Part shown: positions 44,490-51,253 of the stretch, one piece after another | Numbering within the stretch: the first letter of the stretch is position 1 | How the letters are laid out: the number at the start of each line of letters is the position of its first letter | From: an uncultured Gammaproteobacteria bacterium | GTDB taxonomy: Bacteria > Patescibacteriota > Microgenomatia > UBA1406 > HO2-37-13b | Assembly (NCBI GenBank): GCA_964413645.1 | Contig: CAYPSA010000001.1 | Location: 72,389-136,388, forward strand | Length of the DNA stretch: 64,000 nt | Direction of reading: 5' to 3' | The notes under the pieces: generated by a model | Told to the model about the DNA's origin: nothing | The model's input: only the letters and a program-made list of their open reading frames with translations | The model's database searches: none | Position numbers and translations under genes: made by a program

Positions 44490-45556
44490 TTTGTTATTGA
44501 AGTTATAAAGTTTTTAAAATAATTTTGTCTGTTAAACTCTAAAGCTCGTTCTTTTCCAGCCTTGCTTAATTGCTTGCGAGTCGTTTCATCTCTCACGAGT
44601 TTGGAAAGCGCCTTTTGAATATCGTCTTCACTGGTAGGATCAAAATGTACCGCTGCATTTTGACTAATTTCATGTAGTGACGATGTATTGGACGTTGCTA
44701 CCGGGCACCCAAGTACCATAGCTTCAACAACCGGATATCCAAAACCTTCGTATAACGATGGATATACGAAACACAATGCATTCTTATACAGTTTATACAA
44801 ATCTGCATCTGGAACAAATCCCAAAAATTTTACTTTCTCTGAATGCTGTGCTTTCTGATCGCCCCAACCTGCCGCTCCTACAATAAGTAAATCAACATCT
44901 TTTAGATTAGCCTTCTCAAAAGCCTCAATAAGTCGCGGAATATTCTTACGAGGTTCCAACTTACCTACAGATAAAATATACTTTTTTGAAGGAATAACAA
45001 AGTCGGATTTAGGCAACGTGCTTGGAATAGTAACTGCCGGATAGAGCACCTCAATCTTACTCTCAGGTATGTGTAAGAGCTTTATAAGATCATCCTTTGT
45101 CGCCTGAGAATCGGCAAGAATCATATCTATTTCTTTTTTCACGTATGCAAGTCGTCTTTTTTGAACGGCAAGAATTTTTTTATGCACTGTTTCCGGATAT
45201 CTCATAAACACTAAATCATGAACCACTGTAACTTTTTTTGCAGCACTTGGGGCTTGAGTCCAATCGGACGAGATAAAGATGTCTTGTTTCCCAATAAATT
45301 TCTCAATCGGATACACGTGGGCTTGGTTCCAGAGTAAGTCAAGTGCAGTAGGAGGCAGCTTTGATGTAATAAGAGCGTGTTTTTCTTTTATCCTTGTTTC
45401 AAGATCTTTAGATAGAGACCTTCGCAACGACGAAAAGAAAATAGTGTATTCATTTTCCAAATCAAATTCAAGAATCGAATCAATCATGCTCCGCACGTAT
45501 CGAGCCACCCCTGTACCTTCGTATGCGATTTGTGAAATATCTATACCAATTTTCAT
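44486..45556 (-). CDS. Glycosyltransferase family 4
   Basis: EGFGYPVVEAMVLGCPVATSN motif. Confidence 0.85.
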   Translation of the reverse strand: MKIGIDISQIAYEGTGVARYVRSMIDSILEFDLENEYTIFFSSLRRSLSKDLETRIKEKHALITSKLPPTALDLLWNQAHVYPIEKFIGKQDIFISSDWTQAPSAAKKVTVVHDLVFMRYPETVHKKILAVQKRRLAYVKKEIDMILADSQATKDDLIKLLHIPESKIEVLYPAVTIPSTLPKSDFVIPSKKYILSVGKLEPRKNIPRLIEAFEKANLKDVDLLIVGAAGWGDQKAQHSEKVKFLGFVPDADLYKLYKNALCFVYPSLYEGFGYPVVEAMVLGCPVATSNTSSLHEISQNAAVHFDPTSEDDIQKALSKLVRDETTRKQLSKAGKERALEFNRQNYFKNFITSITK

Positions 45557-46755
45557 GTGTGTTTTATTTGCTGATACACGCGTTCCAGTTTAGCGGCAAT
45601 TTTTGGATAAGCATATTGTTCCTCAACAAGCTTGCGTGCTTTACTTCGTATCGAAGAAAATAATTCGGGATCTTTCAGTATTTGTTTTGACTTTTGTGCA
45701 AATTCAGTCGGGTTCTTGGCTATTAGTACATTCACACCATCTTCCACGTCAAGCCCAGCCACACCGGTCTTAGATGAAATGACTGGCAATCCCGAAGCCA
45801 TTGCTCCCAGAATTTTCAAACGCGTCCCTCCGGGTCCTTCCAAAGGAGCAATAAAAATAAGTCCTTTTCCGTACGCTTCTTTTACTGCGGCAATACTGGT
45901 TTTGGGTAAATCCAAGATCTCTATCCGCTCTCCTTCTAAATGTGAAATTTTTTCTTTAGCATATTGTCCGGCAATTAAGCATTTGGCTTCAGGAATTTCT
46001 TCAAGGATTTTTGGAAATACTTTTTTAGCCAAAATGTCGGCGCCTTCAACATTTTGCAACCATGAAAAATTCGCTACATACAAGAAAGTAATATCGGTTT
46101 TGTTTATTTTCTTTGAATACAATTCCATTAAATCTTCACCCGCAGCATTAGGAATGATTTCTACTGGAAGCGAGGGAATGAGTTTATGCATCTCGACCTT
46201 ATCTTCTGCAGAAACCGCACCTACAATTGAAGCTTTTTGCCAATATGTTTTTTCCCAATATTTAAGCTTCATAATATCTATTTTTAGAAGTGTAGGGAGT
46301 AACGGAATAGGTAGGTTATCAATATAGTGTTGATATACGCGATATTCAATTGTTTGCTCCACTAAAAGAATGGGAACTTTTGTTTTTGGAATATGGGGCA
46401 TTACATAAAATGTTTCTGCATGGATCAAATCAATCTGTTCTCTTTTAAGCAGTTTCTCAACAACTACCCGTGCCTCTTCTGAATAATTTCTTACGACCAC
46501 AAAGGGCAACAGTCCAAAAACGCTTTTGAATATGTTCTTAAAGGTCCAAGGGGTCTTTGAACGTGAACATGCATGTATTTCTTTGCAATATTTTTTTAAG
46601 TGAGCAATGTGCTCTTTTTCAGTATCTTGCTTAATGAGTCCAATGAGATATATGTCATGATGCTTGCTTAGTTCCTTAATCAAATTGTATGATCGAATCT
46701 GACCACCTGAAGAAGGAGGGTACGGCAAGTACGGTGTTAGCATCAATATTTTCAT
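45553..46755 (-). CDS. Glycosyltransferase family 4-like
   Basis: GT-B fold pattern, GGTRLKILGAMASGLPVISS C-terminal motif. Confidence 0.8.
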   Translation of the reverse strand: MKILMLTPYLPYPPSSGGQIRSYNLIKELSKHHDIYLIGLIKQDTEKEHIAHLKKYCKEIHACSRSKTPWTFKNIFKSVFGLLPFVVVRNYSEEARVVVEKLLKREQIDLIHAETFYVMPHIPKTKVPILLVEQTIEYRVYQHYIDNLPIPLLPTLLKIDIMKLKYWEKTYWQKASIVGAVSAEDKVEMHKLIPSLPVEIIPNAAGEDLMELYSKKINKTDITFLYVANFSWLQNVEGADILAKKVFPKILEEIPEAKCLIAGQYAKEKISHLEGERIEILDLPKTSIAAVKEAYGKGLIFIAPLEGPGGTRLKILGAMASGLPVISSKTGVAGLDVEDGVNVLIAKNPTEFAQKSKQILKDPELFSSIRSKARKLVEEQYAYPKIAAKLERVYQQIKHT

Positions 46756-48212
46756 AGCTTGAAGATCGTGGCTTTATTACTTTCAAACACAACCGAAAAA
46801 TCAGGTACTTTTTTGACTTCGACAATAACGTCGGGTTTATCGGTTACAAAATAATCAGCTCCTCGTTTGCGCAAGTCATGCAAATCTTCTGTGACTGCCG
46901 GATATCCTTTTCTATTTGAAACATATAGCAAAGTAGTGTCGCCTACAGTATCGGTTACAATAACCGCATCCTCTTCTGTTATTAAATTAATCGCCTGAGC
47001 GGTACTTACTAAACTATCCGAGATGTTGTAGTAATCTTTAACTCGTTCATATGAAAACATCCAGGATCCAGCAAAAATGATGATAATCGATGCCAGGAGC
47101 ATCGTTTGATTCGCTACTTTTTTACCCATTTGTACAAAAAGTGCAACTCCCAAGCCTACAAAAATCGCTACGGCCGGTAAAATTACGACTTGGTAATAAT
47201 CATGTTGCACATTTCCTCCTTGAAAAGTGAATAGATATAGCAGAGCACTTAATCCAATCGAGTAAAACAAAGCGCTTTTGAGTGGTTTCTTAATGATTCC
47301 CGCCATAAAGAACACAACGGTATATCCACCCAAGAGGAGTATTAAGATTCTTTCAAAGAAAATCCATCTGAAAAATGCCGGTCTAAAAAATACATTTTGC
47401 AATCCTCCTGCGGTGTTAACACCAAAAAATAGCCAATCACTTGCGGGAATTCCTTGTGGAAATTGGGTAATAAATAATCTCCACGCTATAAGTGGCGCAA
47501 CTGCTCCAAGAAAATATACATACATTGGAATATGTGAAACTACGCTATATCCATATCTCTTAAATAGTATAAACACGATTGGCAACAGGTAAAAAATAAC
47601 GGTAGGCTTTGTTAATAGTCCGCATATCACGAATAACATCGAGAGCGCAAGGAGGGCGCCTGCGTTTACTTTTGATTTTGTTGTGTGTTTTGCATATTGA
47701 TATGCAAAAAATATTCCCATGAACATAAATGAAACCGCTGCAGTATCGGGCAGCACAACTCGTGAGTAGTAAACGAAAAAGGGGAATACAGCAAATGTGA
47801 ATGCTGCAGCAATTGCTGCCACCTGACTTTCTTCGTAATACAGTAAGTAATATAGTATGCTTATGGTGATTAGTGAGAATAGAATTGTCACTAGACGACC
47901 ATATTGTTCTACGGGCATTATGGGAAGCACCGAGTGCAGAGTAGCAATAATACTCTGGTAAATTGGGAATTCAACATATCGTAACCCCTCTGGATTGTAT
48001 TGCCCCGTTTGTACATTTGATAAATCATCGTATCGGGGCTTAAGCAAGTCTATTCCATTTCTTGAGTAGTTACGGGCAACGGCAGCGGTGTCAGCTTGTC
48101 GCCATGAATGCCAGTCAGCCAAAGGAGATGTAAATTTATATAGTCGCAATACGAGTGCAAGCAGTAGTATCGCTCCTAATATAAGCGTATTTTTTTTTGA
48201 AAGAAAGTTCAT
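46752..48212 (-). CDS. GT-C fold membrane glycosyltransferase (PMT/ArnT-like, GT39/83-type)
   Basis: About 12 hydrophobic segments; first-loop motif WHSWRQADTAAVARNY; soluble C-terminal domain; ATG 48212 preferred to TTG 48239, which lies in a repeat. Confidence 0.7.
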   Translation of the reverse strand: MNFLSKKNTLILGAILLLALVLRLYKFTSPLADWHSWRQADTAAVARNYSRNGIDLLKPRYDDLSNVQTGQYNPEGLRYVEFPIYQSIIATLHSVLPIMPVEQYGRLVTILFSLITISILYYLLYYEESQVAAIAAAFTFAVFPFFVYYSRVVLPDTAAVSFMFMGIFFAYQYAKHTTKSKVNAGALLALSMLFVICGLLTKPTVIFYLLPIVFILFKRYGYSVVSHIPMYVYFLGAVAPLIAWRLFITQFPQGIPASDWLFFGVNTAGGLQNVFFRPAFFRWIFFERILILLLGGYTVVFFMAGIIKKPLKSALFYSIGLSALLYLFTFQGGNVQHDYYQVVILPAVAIFVGLGVALFVQMGKKVANQTMLLASIIIIFAGSWMFSYERVKDYYNISDSLVSTAQAINLITEEDAVIVTDTVGDTTLLYVSNRKGYPAVTEDLHDLRKRGADYFVTDKPDVIVEVKKVPDFSVVFESNKATIFKL

Positions 48213-48220
48213 AATAAATT

Positions 48221-48277
48221 CAACCTCTTTGTCCGCCAACTGGCGGAGACTGTGCCTACTTAAGCCCGCTGGTTGTC
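48221..48277 (+). repeat. Composite: half family-B palindrome, CCGCC/GGCGG hairpin and family-C motif
   Basis: caacctcttt-gTCCGCCaactGGCGGAgac-tgtgcctacttaagcccgctggttgtc. Confidence 0.75.
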
Positions 48278-49747
48278 CAGTCGGCCAATAAAGATCCCCA
48301 TGGTATACCAGAATATATACGCAACTTTGGAAGCTTCAAACACATCGATGTACCCCGCATTAATGAGCAAACCTCCTATCCCAAACAGGAGCGCTTTAAA
48401 TATATATTGTTCATTTTTTTCAAGTTTAGTAAGGCCAAGACGCACGTAATTTCCCATTGAATAAATAAGGTATAAGAATAATCCAAATCCAAGTAATCCA
48501 AATTCACCGAGCCATCGTAGGTAATCGTTATCGGTTGATTCTGTAATCGACGACGGTCCGGTGCCTAATAGTGGGTTTTTAAGTAACGCATTAATTGCTC
48601 GAGGCCATTCGACTTGTAGGCGAGTTGCAAAAGATATATCGGTCGCTACTGCAGACACTTCCTTGTAGTTGGCCGAATTAGTTGCACCAGGCACATTTCC
48701 AAGTCCACTTTTAGTCGCTTCTTTTATTGCTTCATTTATTGATTGAGCCTTAATCGCAGCAGCGTCAGCCGATTGCTTTGCTTGTGGTTTTATTTGGATA
48801 TATGATGTTCCAGCAGGTAATTCCTTACTACTAATTCGCTGCGATACAACGACTTGGCCTGTTTGTTCATTAACTAAAATTTGTTTAATCTGAAATGTTT
48901 TAAGTAGTCGTTGTGTTAAGTCTTTTTGCGAATATGCGAGTATTAATGAAAGAGTCAGTACAAAAGCAAAATGTCGATATCTTCTTACATACAACAAAAA
49001 TAATGGGGTTGTAAATAAATAGGCCAAAAAAGATGATCTTGAAGCTGTAAGCATTAAAATAAATACACCAAGCATAAATATGACATAGAGCGAAACGTGC
49101 AAATATTTTTTCCCTTTTGTTGCCAAAAAAGTACCAAATATAATTGGGAGCGTAAGGACTAAGTATGCAGCCAAGTCATAGTGTCCGCCGAATGTTGAAG
49201 AAATTCGAGCTTCAGGAGTAAGAAATAAAATATGCCCTTTTGCAAATTCAGGGTTCATAGTAGAGACAGCGGGTAAATTAAAAAACCGTTGTCCTATTCC
49301 GTAGAAACCAACTAACGCAAAAGAAACAATCAAGCTGCCCAGAAGCCAATTAAAATGCTTTCGTGATCGTATTGCATTTGCAGCAATAAAAAACACGATC
49401 ATATATTCTACACGTCGCGCAGCGTGTAGAAGGGCCAAATTATGATACGGCAGTGTTTTTGTAATAAAAATTCCACTCGCTACAGCTAAAAATACAGCTC
49501 CCCAGAATAATACAATTGGTTTTGTAAATACTGGGTGCAAGCTCGCCTTCTTTCGAAGTAATTGAATTACAAAGACCGCAGCGATAAATGCAACATAAAA
49601 ATCTTCTAAGCGAATAGCGATGTATGTATACGTTACGAAATGAAAGGGGATTTTTGGGTATAGAGGAATAATAAAGACAAACGCAGTTAAGAGAATCGTG
49701 AGAATATTGTCGTCAATTGTTTTTAGTAATGCCGTAAGCTTGCGCAT
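48260..49747 (-). CDS. O-antigen ligase/polymerase-like (Wzy_C domain) membrane protein
   Basis: Polytopic; large loop; DNDYLRWLGEFGLLGFGLFLYLIY resembles the Wzy_C family motif; C-terminal DNQRA and stop are repeat-derived. Confidence 0.65.
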   Translation of the reverse strand: MRKLTALLKTIDDNILTILLTAFVFIIPLYPKIPFHFVTYTYIAIRLEDFYVAFIAAVFVIQLLRKKASLHPVFTKPIVLFWGAVFLAVASGIFITKTLPYHNLALLHAARRVEYMIVFFIAANAIRSRKHFNWLLGSLIVSFALVGFYGIGQRFFNLPAVSTMNPEFAKGHILFLTPEARISSTFGGHYDLAAYLVLTLPIIFGTFLATKGKKYLHVSLYVIFMLGVFILMLTASRSSFLAYLFTTPLFLLYVRRYRHFAFVLTLSLILAYSQKDLTQRLLKTFQIKQILVNEQTGQVVVSQRISSKELPAGTSYIQIKPQAKQSADAAAIKAQSINEAIKEATKSGLGNVPGATNSANYKEVSAVATDISFATRLQVEWPRAINALLKNPLLGTGPSSITESTDNDYLRWLGEFGLLGFGLFLYLIYSMGNYVRLGLTKLEKNEQYIFKALLFGIGGLLINAGYIDVFEASKVAYIFWYTMGIFIGRLDNQRA

Positions 49748-50684
49748 AGGTTTTTGATAGATAGCTACTATTAATTATCTTTCCAATTGTAATACTAACA
49801 AGTGCCTTAAATTGTAGCATAATCCGTAACACATGTAATTGCAAGCGGCTATTATGTTTTTTGTAAAAATATAAAAAGCCTTTAAATACCTGAATTATCG
49901 GTTCACTGCGCCCATTGCTTGAAGCACTTCCCAAGTGAATTATACGTGAATTTGGATAAAATCCTGTCAGAAGATTATGTTTTTTTGCTCTGTATAGCAA
50001 GTCAATTTCTTCCATATACATAAATATGGCCTCATCAAATCCACCCAACATTTCAAAATCACTTTTTGCACACATAAAACAAGCTCCCGAAACCCAATCT
50101 ACTTGTTTGGTAAACCGTGGTGAAAAGCGGGTAAGACCATAATAATCACCTCGTAAAAATAGGGCAGCAAACACTACGGGTAGTGTATAAAAGTGTCCGG
50201 CCGAAGCTTGTGGCGTTTTCCCGTCTTTTTCTAAAAGCTTAGGACCGACGAAAGAGTATATATTTAAGTCGCTGGTAAAAAAGGAATACAAGGAGCTTAT
50301 ACTGTCAACCCCGTCAGTCTCAGCGATACCTTTGTCATTCCGATCCGCCATCTGGCGGAGAGGAATCTCAGCTCTGGCACCCAGGATCTCCGTATCCGAA
50401 TTCAAAAATAACAAATGTTTCCCCATTGCCTGTTTCACCGCCGCATTATTTCCCTTCCCAAATCCCAAGTTTTCTTTACTTTCTACTATCTTAATTGAGA
50501 GTGAAGAGTGCTGTTTTTTAAACTCGTGCAGCATAGCAATCGAATTATCAGTGGAGTCATTATCTAAGACAACAATTTCATATTTAAATGAAGCTTCCTC
50601 TAAGCCTAAAACAATCGTTTGCAGGCACTTTTTGGTGATTTGAGCAGTATTGTATGAAACTATGATGATCGATAGATCTACCAT
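49713..50684 (-). CDS. Glycosyltransferase family 2 (carries a 69-72 nt in-frame repeat insertion)
   Basis: MVDLSIIIVSYNT, VLDNDSTDNS, LFLNSD; ATG 50684 used (TGgTATACT box 6 nt upstream) instead of ORF-track 50885. Confidence 0.8.
   Translation of the reverse strand: MVDLSIIIVSYNTAQITKKCLQTIVLGLEEASFKYEIVVLDNDSTDNSIAMLHEFKKQHSSLSIKIVESKENLGFGKGNNAAVKQAMGKHLLFLNSDTEILGARAEIPLRQMADRNDKGIAETDGVDSISSLYSFFTSDLNIYSFVGPKLLEKDGKTPQASAGHFYTLPVVFAALFLRGDYYGLTRFSPRFTKQVDWVSGACFMCAKSDFEMLGGFDEAIFMYMEEIDLLYRAKKHNLLTGFYPNSRIIHLGSASSNGRSEPIIQVFKGFLYFYKKHNSRLQLHVLRIMLQFKALVSITIGKIINSSYLSKTYAQAYGITKNN
50326..50394 (+). repeat. Family A unit (antisense to the gene) inserted in frame in the GT2 gene
   Basis: acctttgtcATTCCGAtccgccatctggcggaGAGGAATctc...atctccgtat; same left and right ends as the intergenic copy at 9293-9330. 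Confidence 0.85.
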
Positions 50685-50690
50685 TACATT

Positions 50691-50699
50691 AGTATACCA
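50691..50699 (-). promoter_or_regulatory. Extended -10 box heading the 12-gene glycan operon
   Basis: Minus strand TGgTATACT, 6 nt before ATG 50684. Confidence 0.6.
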
Positions 50700-50715
50700 G
50701 GTGAAACATGCCAGT

Positions 50716-50745
50716 GTCATCTCGAGCGTGACGAAAGATCTCAGC
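50716..50745 (+). repeat. Degenerate family A unit
   Basis: gtcatctcgagcgtgacgaaagatctc. Confidence 0.6.
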
Positions 50746-50756
50746 CCCCAATCTCT

Positions 50757-50784
50757 TTGACAGCTCAAAAAAAAGGTGTATAAT
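50757..50784 (+). promoter_or_regulatory. Strong sigma70-type promoter for the small orphan gene
   Basis: TTGACA-16 nt-TATAAT (GGTGTATAAT as at serS). Confidence 0.7.
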
Positions 50785-50815
50785 CGTGCCATTACTTCGT
50801 TACAACAATACAAAT

Positions 50816-51232
50816 ATGACAAATAGATCTGAAGCATCACGTGCACATTCATGGGGAAGACATGTTCAAGCAATTCAAGCAACACGGGAGCGCTTGGATG
50901 AGCAATTAGCTAATGCAGATAACTTAGATCGGTATGAAGAATTGGCCGTAAGTCTTGATCCATTAGATGCCCGACGTAGAAATGTTGCGAAGCAATTATT
51001 TGATAGACTTGCAAGAAGATTTCCGGACAATGATATCGAGGTTTTCAGAAGTATATATGAGCAACCTACGGCTGGACAAAAAGACCAAGTATTTGAGAGT
51101 CCTTTTGATGCGTTGTGGAACGAATTTCACGCGCAGGATCCTCAAAAAGCGGCTGCTCTTATGGAGGAACGTATACTTCCATATTATTATGGAATATTAC
51201 AGCCTGATTCATCGTTTCCCGATAGGGAATAA
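50816..51232 (+). CDS. Hypothetical protein (139 aa from ATG 50816; GTG 50786 also possible)
   Basis: ORF downstream of a strong TTGACA-16-TATAAT promoter; soluble, charged, no motif recognised. Confidence 0.45.
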   Translation: MTNRSEASRAHSWGRHVQAIQATRERLDEQLANADNLDRYEELAVSLDPLDARRRNVAKQLFDRLARRFPDNDIEVFRSIYEQPTAGQKDQVFESPFDALWNEFHAQDPQKAAALMEERILPYYYGILQPDSSFPDRE

Positions 51233-51238
51233 TTTTCT

Positions 51239-51247
51239 GCTATAATT
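51239..51247 (+). promoter_or_regulatory. Extended -10 box for glyQS
   Basis: TGcTATAAT, 6 nt before ATG 51254. Confidence 0.65.
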
Positions 51248-51253
51248 TCCTCA

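Noticed and set aside
45632-46327. 231-aa plus-strand ORF, and similar long antisense ORFs at 23338-23841, 43330-43791, 7284-7634, 52650-53000, 57948-58295 and 18754-19071
   Set aside because: Each lies entirely antisense to a gene with strong motif support (GT4, secA, GT4, sufB/sufD, the membrane-anchored ORF at 52633-53100, murC, greA). They have no motifs or promoter/SD context of their own and show biased composition typical of shadow ORFs.
5903-50745. Possibility that the dispersed short repeats form a CRISPR array
   Set aside because: The copies are dispersed over 45 kb rather than arrayed. They are internally palindromic with variable cores, have no regular repeat-spacer periodicity, occur inside genes, and no cas genes are present.
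50786-50815. GTG 50786 as the start of the small orphan gene
   Set aside because: It lies 1 nt after the TATAAT box and so would be upstream of the likely transcription start. ATG 50816 is more plausible, though this is unproven.
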